64,000 nucleotides of DNA, taken from Acanthaster planci (taxonomy: Eukaryota). The stretch is taken from NCBI RefSeq assembly GCF_001949145.1, contig NW_019091362.1, positions 2,177,838 through 2,241,837 on the forward strand. The letters run 5' to 3'. A program made the translations under genes and the position numbers. The notes under the pieces are model-generated. The model worked only from the letters and a program-made list of their open reading frames with translations, was not told the origin of the DNA and searched no databases. Below are positions 1 to 13,100 of the stretch, piece by piece. How positions within the stretch are numbered: the first letter of the stretch is position 1; every line of letters begins with the position of its first letter.

Positions 1-3000
1 AAAACGTATGGAATTTCGGAGACAAAAGCTTAAGCCTCGTCTTTTAAGATTGTACACTTGATGACTTTTTAGTGAAGGCTGAGCTTGAATAGACGTAAAG
101 TCCGCGACGACTGCAAGTAATGATCATACCGAGATTTATTTCGACCTTCAAGACACAGTAGCATTTTATTACAGGAAACTTTTCAAAACAATCAAGCTCA
201 CATGAGCAGAATGCGACAGACGGGAAAACCGGGGAAAGAAAACGTCTGACTGACGAACGTGAAAAGTGCTCTCATGTGTTGCAAAATAGATAATCTCAGA
301 GCAGCTGGGTGCGACCTAGGAAAAGTCAAACGCAGCGCTTTCCCCACATGCTGAGCTGCATTTGCGTTTTTCCTATATTTCATCTTTTGCGAGTGGGATG
401 GCCAGTTATTGTCCACCGTGCAAAGATATTTGATGTTTGACTAAAACGTTGTTTTGACTTTATCATTGTGCCTGCGAATGTGAGCGAAGATCTATTCACG
501 ACAAAACCAAACGGAGAGATGTATAAAAGAAACCTGCTATAGTTGAAACTATATCTTCGTTTTTGTCTCCCTACCTGAACATTCAAGCAAAAATGTACAG
601 GGAATGTAAAACCAAATAATATTGCATTCCAGGGCGGATTAGACCCCAAGACAAGCTCTCCCATCACAGAAATACCTTAAATGCAGTATTTGATACCATT
701 TAATCAGAAAAAAACCACAATGTACACTCTACTCCACAATAGTTCGTCTAGCCACCAATTTAAAGAGTGATAGAAGATGGTGCTATAGAAATAGCCTAAT
801 CATAGAGCACGTGGAGGAAATGATCCCAAATGCTCCTACAATGTTTTTTAAATTAAAATCCCATCAGCAAAATAAGTGCACCAATTCTGGGTTTTTTTAA
901 ATTATTGCTCTCTGTTTTGTCTCGTCAGTCGTTAGTTCATAGTTTTTTATTTGATTCTTTATAAAAAAGACGTCTTGAAACTGTTTAACCCTATAGTCGA
1001 AATGACAAACTGTTGTTCATTACAATGTCAAATAACCAGGTCAAAGAATTCTCCTCTGTTTTGCGTTAGCAGACTGCGAAGAAAATAGATCTATAAATAA
1101 CGATCTCCAGCTATTACTAATCTGAAGTATATAATGTCATCTCAGCATGTAAAGAGACCATTTTTTCCCGCCTAGACGTAACATCTGCCTTTTATACATA
1201 CCTAATGCCTTGACGCGAAGTGCTCGCCTGAGGTGGTATGATCCAGAATGCTGTAGTTTATATTTGGACCGATTTACAGTAACTTAATTACGCGCCTGCC
1301 AGCCTGTTTATCTTTCTTCTTCCCCGTGGAGGGGTTTGAAGCTCACCTGTGTTCTAAGTATCCTCGTCGAGCCATGGTTGAACTGACGTTTCTCTCCCAT
1401 TTGTTCGGAGCACGGACAGCGCGCACAGCACGAGTATCGAGCAGGGGGACTCAAACGACCACGGGTTATTTGGACGCGAAACGCATCGCGAATCGTTCGA
1501 ATCGTTCTCCCGCGCGCGCTATTAAACACGGCTTATCTATGCATCGATCAGTATTCAGACGGTTGGAAATGAGGTGAGGAAAGCCGTTGGGGTGGTTTGA
1601 TTGTTGATTTTGATTTCGATCGTGTTTTGCTAGCGGCAGTTTGCTGCCAAGTAAAGACGGGTCAGGAAAACACATCCCCATCTTGAACGATACGGCCCGT
1701 GGAGGCAAATCCAACGCTTTGTTTTGGATCAGTGACCCGGTGCGGGCGTAGCCTCGTTCTTTTCCTAATAGCCCATAAAGGGTTATCACAATATTTACAG
1801 AGTGCTGGCCTTTTCCGTAAGCTATAAAAGCGATTATCCTATCTTGTCAGGTTATTGGCCAACAATCATTAGGATATCATCTTGTATTCTCCTACATACA
1901 GAATACCGTATGTTCGGTGAAATTCAGATTGATCAGCAACTGTTGTAAAATATTCGGCGTATCGTGTTTTGGTGTTTGGTATTTAGCCAAGATTTCCGTT
2001 GATTTTCAATCATTCCTGGATCTTCTGAAACTCAGACACTGCGGAACTTTGTGCTGAAAATCTCCCTGTAATAGTTTTCCTACTTCAATTTCAACACAAT
2101 TATTACATTGAGGACTATCTCATGCGATTGTGATCTCTCCAGCACTCCTGAAAGAAACTGGTCGATTTCCTCTCGATACAGGAAGACATGTTTTGCCTGC
2201 ATGCTTTTAAAAGGTTCATGATATGAATTTACCTTGAACACGCTTCAAGCGTGGGACACAAAGTAGCATTTACAAGGGCTGCATTCTAAAAAGTAGATTG
2301 CATGTGCCCTTTAACGTTAACTGGATTTCAGCAACAAAGCTTACCAGGAATGCCAACAAGATGAAAAGTAAATCTTGAACACAGGCCTCAATTAAAATAC
2401 GACACCACGTCAATTTCAACACTTTGATCACATTTCAATGTAGTCAAGCCGATCGAAAAATAAATACAACACACTGACAGAAAGGGAACATGAGGTATAT
2501 GGTTTATTTATCTAGCCCAAGCAAAAACTAAATCTGAGCAAAGTGGGCCATGATGATTTGCGCATCTGGTCCTTACGAGTTTCGTTCTCCCTCCCCAGGG
2601 TCGGAACACATTTCACAGACATATGTGACAGCTAGATGCACTGAAAGTTGTCCATCCCTTTCGACGGATGAATTGCAGTCACTCGTCCGTAATTACTCAG
2701 CCAAGTATGAGGAACATCACCACCATACCAATGTACAAAAATCAACACCCTGTCGATATTCAAGTGTGGCAATATGATTTTGCACCTGTGTCCCATTTAT
2801 CGGATTTCATGTGTACTTGGGAACGCAATTTTACAGAGTTCAGTTGGAAGTTGAAACATAATTGTATTTTCGTTGTAACCCGAGCCTCAACTTACAAACA
2901 GTACCCTTTAATCAGATGTAATACAATACTTGAAAATATACGAAAGCCCGTTTGTGCCAATATTTTTGGGGGTTGTTTTATTTTTGAATTTTTTTTTGGG

Positions 3001-3277
3001 GGGGGTGGTAATTTCTTTTTGAAACTTTACGAAAAGTTGGTAGGCGGGCATTGCCGTACTTCATGTCTATAATGTACAAGAACAATTTCAGGTCATAGCG
3101 GAAGTGCCGTTTTTTGATCCGTGGTTTCATTAAGGCCATGCAGTCTAGTTTTAGTAACTTGGATTTGGGAAATTTTGTTTATTATTATTATTTTGTTGAA
3201 TTGTTTTTCTTTAGAATTTTTTTTTATTTATTTATTTTTTGGGTGGATTTGATTTGTGTGAATTTTTTTCATTCCCC

Positions 3278-3780
3278 TAAGGGAGCCCGTTAGTGGCAAT
3301 TTAAACCATGCAAATACATGGATATATTTTTTATTGCGAAATAACGCAATAATAGGCCAAATATCGTTTTAGGATCCTTAAACGTACAATGATACCATGA
3401 TTTACTACCAAAATTTAACCACAATATGTGATCATAACTCAAACCAAGAGAGAAGTAGAAGCTCACGAGTTCGCTTAATGTCATGCTTAGCTGTCCTTGA
3501 TTACTGTTTCACAGGAATTCACCTGCACTGCTCACTCAAGGGCCCAGCTTGAGTGCGACCCGCTGCAGGTCAGCGAGAGTATACTCTCTCTAAAGGGGGA
3601 GTATACTCCTGCATGCGGGCATAATGTGCACGTATCCTACTCTTGTTAACTGGAGTAACTTCCCCCAAATGTCCGAAGAATTATTGCATTATTTCGCAAA
3701 GAAATTGCCTTGTTTCGCATTTGAAACTATACCTGTATTTGCATACTTCAAATTTGCACCAATGGGCCTCAACTTCCGTT
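3278..3780 (-). mobile_element. Degenerate IS3EU-like non-autonomous DNA transposon carrying a transposase N-terminal relic
   Basis: Inverted arms gagcccgttagtggcaatttaaaccatgcaaatac...tgcgaaataacgcaataat and attattgcattatttcgca...gtatttgcatacttcaaatttgcaccaatgggc. Ends resemble TAYGG...CCGTA. Confidence 0.65.
3356..3484 (-). pseudogene. Frameshifted N-terminal HTH fragment of an IS3EU/integrase-core-type transposase
   Basis: MTLSELVSFYFSLGLSYDHILWL followed after a frameshift by ILVVNHGIIVRLRILKRYL. This resembles the 'LI..YF.LG.SY.EIL..L...HGI.ISLRTLKR.L' N-terminus of these transposases, recognised from memory. Confidence 0.6.
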
Positions 3781-6700
3781 GAGGGAAATGAAGGGAAAAA
3801 ATATAAAAATTAAAACAATAAAAAATAACCAGTTTTCAAAAAAAAATTTTTTTTCAAGTTGGCACGAACCGGTTTTCGTAAAATACACACAGTTTGTGCA
3901 TCAATGTGTCTAGACCTGGGTCGAATGCAACTATTACGATGATGTCTTGGTTATAGAAATATACCTGTAGTCAAAAGAAATTATCTTGAAAAGGAATACG
4001 TGTTCTGGAAACAAAGACGGTGATAAAATCTCCAAGCATTAATTTTCACTCAAGTCGACCACATATACATTTAACAAAGGTTTCCTGACCTTCAGGGGGA
4101 TTTCTGTATTCACATTAACCTATTTGGCTAGGGTATGGGGCCAAATGGCGCGGTTGCCTTTCGATTCTGTGGTATTTGAGTGTTTGTATCATGTTTCTGC
4201 TGCATCCCGTACACCGGCCTGGCACGTTATAGAAACAGTCTCAAAATCGCATTGACGGAAAGCTCTCGAACAGGCATGACGTGTATATTCGATTAAAGGT
4301 CGCCGAAATTCGATTCTATTTTCCCCTGTACCCACAATCACAATACGTCCAGGAAGTTGGGAGTAAAAGTAACTTCATTAAAGCCCACAGCGCACTTCGT
4401 ATCATCACACTAAACAGTTCCTTACGGTGCGACCAGAGGTGCCGAGGAAAAAAAATTGACAAATTGGTTCTTAAAACCCTGTAAGAAAAGCAGAGGACTC
4501 TGCTCTATGGCCCAGGGAGGCTGGAAATTTTAGCATTTTAGCATCATTGGAACCTTGAGATCAGAATCAAGGTTCATATAATGGAAACCTCGGCCACCAA
4601 GAGACCACTAGTGGATACTGAGCCATTGGACAACTGGCGACAGCACAAAGCTGTTCAAAATGAGCCCTTGTAAATTTTCAAGAGTTTTGCCAAACAATCT
4701 CCTGATCCACATCAAAGCTGATACCATGGTGAAATATTTTCGCACGTGATTTTCAAATGTCATCTTCGTGAAAACTTTCAGTAGTGGAGGCTCATTACAC
4801 CTTAATAAAATTCCATTTTAATGTTATACTCATTTTTTTCACAATTGTATGCCATGCACATTTCCCTAAACAGGGAGGTATCCACTTCATTAATATGCGC
4901 TTTTCGATCTGGAACCTTGAGCTGATAAGAAAAAAATCAATTCACGGTTATTAATAAATGGCTGTATTTTACCGGCACGTTCTTAACGTCAGGCACTTCC
5001 GTAGGGCCAATTATTCTACTTCTATCCAATCATTTTACAAAGGCCATATTGTCCATATTTGGAAAGGGGCAAGGACCTTTGATACAAACACAAGTACATG
5101 TACTTCATAAATGTGCAAGGGAAATCTGTCGAACTAAATAGCAAAGTAAAAAAGGAACTAACAAAACGAGATTGCGTATCAGAGAGAACCAATTATGGCT
5201 GCCTTTAATTGGTGAATTTCAAATCAAATCCAACGTATATGAAAGCCATAACCTTCTCTTACTAAAAAAAAACATAAGACTAAATCGAAATTTCGAAACT
5301 TATAAACCAATAGTAGTTGACACTGGTCTCATAAAAACTAGTTTTTCACTTGGAGAAGGTTAACAACATAATATTTCCCTCGATCGTGCTGTGTTGGCTA
5401 ACAAAAAAAGAAAGGTTCTGAGCACGCACTGACAAAATTTGATTTGAAACAAAATCTAATAAAAAAAGAAATAACTTACATTAAATATCGGTCGGGCAAA
5501 AACAGATTGGGGTGGTATTTGAAACTGCGACCTTACAAACTCTGTTTTCCGGAACTGTGCCATCCAATTCTCCACTGGCGTTGGTCTTTTCAGTGTCTGG
5601 TCAACCGGCCTCAAGACATCACAAACCCTTCCCTTTTGGGGCGGCCTGAAATATCGTGCGAAGTCACAATGCTGGAAAATTAACGACGCTGCAAACATGG
5701 TCAGTGACAATGGTCACTACATAGATCTTCACAAGGTCCTCCGTTTGTTCCGTCGACAAAAAGCTGCAGGAATCTTACCTTCAAGTTTTGTTCTATTTTT
5801 ATATAATTTTTTATATTTTTTCCCAAAAGAAGCAGCTTTGATATTTTGTTGAATACAATCGATTGTATGATATAATACCTGATGTGAACATAATAGCCTA
5901 TTTTTACTGTACATGTGTTTCCTGTGGAAGTATTATTAGCATTCTTTTTTTCTTTCCTGCTTCTTTCTGTAGCAGTGACGGGTACATGTAAAGGGATTCT
6001 ACCAGAAACTTGCAATGGTAAATGGCTTGTAAACTGATTTATACAGCATATCCCCATTGCAAAATCAAACAATAAGCAGGCACAGCGTCAGGTGTATGTT
6101 GAACATAAGACTTTGCACATCTTTACCACACCTCATGATGATAATCACCTCTCTTCAGACAAGTGAAAAATTCGAACATTTTCCTCGGCAATTTCCGTAC
6201 ATTCAAAAATGTCTGTCATTGTATTAATTCTGGTAAGGATATTCATCTCAAATGGAAATTTGCCTTATAAACTATAAATGTTACCACCAATAATATATTT
6301 AGCAGAGTTTGCTGGAAGTTAGGCCTATATATAAAAAGCAAAAGGACTCTTTATTTCGTTACATTTTCGTAATAAGCTCACTTTGTAGTATTTATGGCCT
6401 CAAAATCCTTCACAGGTTCATTGCCGGTACGACTGCCTACTTCATCAGCAACAAATAATACAAACTTTACTGCCGATATAAGGAGTATATAGGCTTTTGC
6501 AAACAGTGTTGGAGCTATATGCAACAATGTTCCACAGGTTTGTAAAGAAGGAACATCCTCCGTGGCTCCAAAAATTTTTTAAAAAGCCACACTTAATTAA
6601 CTGACCACCACTTGGCCTGGACAAAACCACGAAAAGCGCCCTGCAATTTGCAATGCAACCTGTCGTTATAGCAACTGATTGCAAATCTTCGGTTTAAAAA

Positions 6701-9700
6701 CAACGCAAATCTCTCGCGGGCTGTAGCTGGGGAAAAAGCGCCCGCAGGGTCTTTGCGATACAAACCGCGATAAGTCCTGTTTTGGCGATGGAGACTCGGT
6801 GTGGATGAAAGAGACCGAGGAAAGACAGGGCAGTGTGATGTATGGGGTTGTTTACCAGGACGTTAGCATCTCTCACTCTGCTGCCCCGTCCCATTTGGCC
6901 GATCAACGATGATAAGAATACCGAATCACAGCAAACAGCCCCACCTCAACTTTTTATGCGACGCGCCAAGAACATTTCTCATCCTTATCCAGCCTTGTGA
7001 ATACCTCTATGTGGTAGAAGTGCGCGCTTCAAAATAGGTTTAAATTATTTTAATAAGAGTTAAGAGTTTAATGTGAAAATCACTGAAAAAGTCTATAGTA
7101 ATTTTTTTCGCATTTAAGACCCCGATACCAAAATAATGTAAAGTTGCTAAAACGGAAAATGGTCCTAAAAAGTTTATGAGCAGGATGATATCGTTGCCAT
7201 TTTTAATGGTAAACGCACATAAAAATGGAACTTCCTCAACCCTAATGAGGATCTAATCCCTCAACTATTTTTTCCAAGATTGTCGATACAACATTAAGTT
7301 TGCAATGAGTCTCTTTTGAACGAGTGCGTCAAAATTTAAACCGTGAATCAGACGAAAGTAGGCCTATTTCCGAAATGCCGAAAGAGACATGCGTTTTTTT
7401 AACATCTTTTTTATTTTATTTTTTATACCCAGCTTTGGGTCTAAACATCCAAAGGCACGTCTTCTATACACCACTAACATTCTTTATATCTATAATACAA
7501 CGACAATGGCGCAGTGAGGGATTTTCTACGGAGGGCCAGATTACTGGGGGAATTTGATTTCCCCAGCGGGGAAAGGCAGGATTTAACACTAGAGGTGCTA
7601 ATCAATATATAGGTACTTGTAAATACAACAGTCGCAAAGAGTTATAGGTAAAATGAGCACAGTGTGCAGACCAAGGGACCCGCATTGGAGTTGTCTTACA
7701 AGACGGTTCCCGACCGTAACAATAATGTGACGACACGAAGGCACAAATAAAGCATGACAACATGTCAAGGATGTTCTTCTTTATTTTATAGATGAAAGCG
7801 TGCGCAATCATTCATTTTTAAACAGTCAGCATAAACAAAGTTGTACAGACTCGGAGATGAAAATGGCAAAATATAGTAAATGTTGGAAATGTGTAACGAG
7901 AAGCAATTTATGCGAGTCCAGTATTCGTAAATTTTGACTGTTCGGCTGGGAATATTTGGCCAGTGTTGGCTAATTTGCGAACGGGAAAAATTCTTCATTT
8001 GACCGTGGTGGGTGCAAGGCCTAAGGATCAAATGGAATCCGGTTCACACTTTGCACAAAAACGAACACGAAATTATGACGCCCAAGATCAAATTCGTGCT
8101 GCGAATTCACAAAATATGAACACATCACAACCAAACGGCTACAAATGTTTCGCAAGGTAAATTCGTTGTTTGGCCTGCACCCAAAGTTCGGACCGTCTTC
8201 GTTGAATCGTTTTTGGTCTTACAACGAGACTGCCTTCATTGCCTTGACGCCAGCAAGACACACTACAAAAACAATAATTATAATAGACTTGCTTCTTCAA
8301 AGACAAAAACCGGATGCCAACATGGTTTCCAGTGATGCTAAAATTTGCACAACAGTTTTTGGTTTGCAGCACACGAACATCTTTCCCTCTTTTGTCCCTC
8401 TTTCGCTAAATTCACTTTAAGATTCTAGTCTCGTATCTTTTCATGGGTTTTATTTTTTTCCCCGTGAGAGTATATTGGACACAGCCCTCCTGGTCACAAC
8501 ACCCCTCTTAAAACGCTCATATAACTGGAGTTTTCAGACGGTGTTTGCCATCATGAAAACAAAAAGGAATCACTAGTTTGAATGTATAATGTATTATTAT
8601 GCCTTGGCTGTATGCGGTTAAATTCAGTCTACAAACAACAAGCTTTTTAAGTCTGTTTTTGTCTGGATCTTTATTTGATTTGTTATTGTGGGAGCTAGCG
8701 ACCATTGAAATGTACAGACACTAGGGATGCGTATTTGGACAAAGTGGACGGATTTCAATTTAATTGAAATGCATGGTCGCCGCTGCACTGGTCTCAGCTT
8801 ACGAATTGCCCAGGTAGGAAAAAAGCTTTTGAAGTAAAAGAGGATTCGATTAAGGACTCGAGTTAAATATACGCTCTGCCTAGATAACGGTGTTCCTGAA
8901 AAAGGACTTAATGGTAACCAATCATCACACGTCACTTTGCGTCATTTGCAAATTTCACTGATTTTTTGGCCCAGTGCCAAGTGGGTGCACGTGGGCTCTA
9001 AAGCTAATACGTCTGAAAAATCTGCGGTAAAGCATTGCAGTAAATATGAAAAATCAGCTTGGAAACCATATCTTGTTTGAGTAGTCTCAGTCTGTCTGGG
9101 GGCCACAGTTGTCTCCTGGGACAATTACTACCCCTCAGTTAGATTTTTTTCCAAGAAGGAAAACACTGATGTCCATTAGGTTGTATCTCTGTAAAGATTG
9201 TAGCAATGCTATAATAGATAATAGGTTTATATATTGCTTTTTACGTGATCAGTTTAACATCTATATTTTGGATTTACAATGATGTGCCTTTTTGACAATG
9301 CTAACATATTCCATAATAACTGTTCTAAGCGCTGACGCACATGCATCATTAAACCCCATGGATTTTTCCGCGATATCTTTTCAGTCTGATTCTATGGCAG
9401 AACGTGCGTTCAGTTCTTTCGCTGTTTGAGTTTAGTTTGAATTTTCTCGCACCGAGTGTTTAGTTGTACTTTGTGTACCAAAACCTTAAACTAAGCTCCA
9501 AATTTGATTGTTTTCTTCTTGCTAGAGCTATGCACAAACGTAAGGGGACGATCAATTTGATTAAATTCCTGTTGCTATACACAGAAATCAGTTTAACACC
9601 TCGGGGGCTTTAATCAATCTAAAAAGGCTTCAATCAACAGAGATCGATTAGCGAAAATTAACCCTGTGTCTTGCTTCAGTCTCCTTGGCACGCTTTGTGG

Positions 9701-9902
9701 CAGTTGAAAGAGGATGGGAAAATTATCTGCTTGGCAAACAGTTGGGTTTAAAAGAGACACGACACAAGAAGTTTTAACGATTCAAATTTTATCACAACTG
9801 CGCATAACAGTCTTTATGTACACTGACTGCAATGGTCATAACCGAAGGCTTCCCCACTTTGAACACTTTTAAGACTAGTTTTTGCCCCTCAAGCATGGAA
9901 CT

Positions 9903-10176
9903 ACGGGTGCGGATCTCTGGGGTCGAACCCCTCCCCCGGGACAAACAAGGGTAAAAAAAATGGGGAAAATCATCAGAAAAAAATTACCACTAAGTTATAC
10001 GAAAAATAGCTCCCCATCAAACAAAATTTACCAATGTTAATGCACCGACACCATTGCAAAAATGTTTCACGTAATGTTTCATCAGCGTGTCCATTTGTTC
10101 ACAAAACTTAGACATTATAAAAATGATCTCTGGCTTGCCCCACCCCGTCATGGAAAAACTCCCGGATCCGCCCCTG
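9903..10176. mobile_element. Short non-autonomous element with GGGGCGGATCC-type terminal inverted motif
   Basis: acgggtgcggatct at the left end and ggatccgcccctg at the right end, each next to a G/C-run hairpin. Confidence 0.5.
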
Positions 10177-13100
10177 ATTAAGGTCGCTTTTATTTACTGC
10201 TGCACATGTTTTAAAACCAGGGAAACACCAAGGTCTATAGGAACAACGAGATATTAATAATAAGTGTAATACTCACAGCCTAAGATTCATCTGACTTCAG
10301 GAGCGAATGCGATGGTGAGGGTTGTCAGTTTATACCACCGGAAAAATACTATCCAAAGGAAAGGAAGTCTCGTTGTGCATACTTGTGTGGCTGCAAATTT
10401 ATGGGACCCCTGGGGCCAACCAATCGGAGCGCTTGTTCAGAAACGAGATAAAGGCTAATTTTGGATAGCACTGTCAACATAGTGCACTATGTTGACGTAA
10501 GGTAGATGCCAGCTGATTGGTCATGGCACTAGAAACCGAAAGCCAAGGCAACTCTGTATTTAATATATTCCCAACTCGCACCGTTTCATCCAACAGCTGA
10601 CTAAACAAACTAAGAGTTTTCGATTTGATTCGATTTCGTCTCTTATTGACCCAATCCCTTACCTTTTGATAAACAGATCAAATAGACCTGCCCCATCATA
10701 AGGTACATTATATTGTTGATAAAACGAAGACTTTTTATAATTAGGCCTATACTAGCATTTTTAAAAATCCAGGCAATTGAGACATTGACATCTTTTTCTT
10801 TGTGACGAATGCCTGCTGAGCCTGCATCATATAAAATCACGATAAAATACTTCTAAAACAATCACAGACATCAAATCAATTTGTTTTTATCCTCACGGCT
10901 GATTTACGGGAACCAAACAATATGATCGGCACGCACCGTCTCACCAGAAGCGTGGACTTCTAAGGACTTCCAACCATAATTCGGCCCAGTCTTCTCCAAC
11001 ATAAGTCAATATTTTCCCAGCCTGCTGCAATTGATTTTGCCCCCTCTACGAAAAAGCCGAAGGCCTGCTGGTGGAAATTTCCCGGCATAGGTTGTATAGC
11101 TGTCGCCACGAGTACAATTCGTCCGCATTTAATATGCTGTTTGAGGCGGCCATCCCCAGAGCAACACTCGGCGTGTAATTGTGCGATTGATGCGTTCTTA
11201 AAACCTTGGCATCATATCGATTCTCCAGTACCCAGGGTCCTGCGAGATTCGGAGGCTGACTAAAAAAAAATGGCGATCGCAAAACTGCGGAGAAAAAGGC
11301 AATACACTAAATTTGACTAATGGCACCAGAAATCCACTCTTGTGGTCGCACTCAGATTTTGTTAGATTTATCTTTAATTAATCAAGTCATTTCTTATCCA
11401 AAAAGTAAAAACAAAAACTGGAATGCCAACAATTATGAGTGATAAAGGGTGTACATGTAATTCTCTTCTCATCTGCTTTATTTCTTGACCTTACAGACAA
11501 AATGACAGGGTTAGTTGATCAGCTGCCCTGCGAAGCACAGAGACATAACTCCCCTTTAGATGAAGGGCGGGAACAGCAGGTAAAGGTTTCATATGAAGAT
11601 AATCTTCATAATATTATGCCTATAACGATGATAACTTTAGCAATCTTAATGTCTTTCCTGTCAACGTTTTAGACAACGGGTGAGCTGTTTATTTGAGTTT
11701 ATTTTATTTCCCGATATAAACTGAAAAAATTTTTGGGCAACCTATGTCGAACATGTCAGTTTGGTTAATAACTACAAATACTACTTTCATAATAGTGCTA
11801 TAGCAGGATAGATCACTCAAGATTAGATATACCCTTGCTGATGGGTACTTCCTTTCTTTGAATTAGATCAAAATAATGTAGTTTCAAAAGACCTGCTGGC
11901 ACCATTGACGAAAACAAACCACGGCTGAGCTTAAAAGCTTGTTTGCTGGCCACTTTTATTATGTCGATGGATTTTAATAACGAAACGACATAACCATTTA
12001 TCATACAACAGGCCTTTCTGCGCTAAAGTCTCTTGAAATCAACCCTTGGAGAACCAGGGAAAGTCTGGATCGAGTTTTAGATTTTTTTTTTCAACCACAC
12101 GTTCAATCCTGATTACGGTGGTATCAACCTTGTCTCCAACGGAGCTTGTTTTACCCAGGGTGCAGCCCAGAGATGGGCATTGTGCAGCATCAACCCAGTC
12201 CGAGTGCTGGCTTTGTGGAGTGTCTGTTGCCATCACATGACATTGTGCCTGGAAATCCCGTAACGCACTTTCTCAAAGCACATCAGCTGCTTTGGGCGAG
12301 CACTCGCCAGGTTTACATTGGTTTGTCTGTTTTCATTTTTCTGATAGTAATAATACAACAGTGAATACAAAAAACAGAACAGCCCCGCTATATCAAAAAC
12401 GATGGGGTCCACACATTATGTTTTATATTGAGGTCGTTCGGCTTTATTGTATTTTATAAAGAGTAAAAAATGATAGAGGTTGCCGTCTGAAACTTGACAT
12501 TCGAAGGAGTTGTAGATGCAATTGTGCTCACACGCTTCATGTGTCCCTAATTTAAATACAAGTATACAGACATATATAAAAGCCTATAGTATACAATAAC
12601 CTGTATACCAAACTATCCATTGGCTCAACCTGGGCCGCACGTTTTTCACTCTACCATTTTTAACTTGGGACAATAATTTCAAACAAGGGATCAAAATCCT
12701 ACCCCTGGTCAGGAGCAGAGTTGACTTCAACACAAATTCAATCAGTCTTAACGGTGAATTGGGATTAGTCCTGGGTTGAAAAATTGTCCGGGAGGAAACA
12801 GGACATGTTGCGTCACCCCTGTAGATTTGTCAGGTGTGAAAAGGCCAATTTAGTAACTTAAATTTCAAATATAATAGAGCCTGAAAGTTGACCCCTGGTG
12901 GCGCGCTTCCGGAACCCTTGGATAGGAAAAATAATGTGCAAAGATTTTAGAATTTATAATATTTTTTTCGTTCGGTTTCTTCTTAAAAAATCACACTTGG
13001 AAAAGGGGCTTTGAAAAAATAGTTGCTAGTATATCAATTTATAGAAACTGAAAAATTACCTGACCTAAAAGAGAAATATCCTGCCAAAATTGACTCATAA

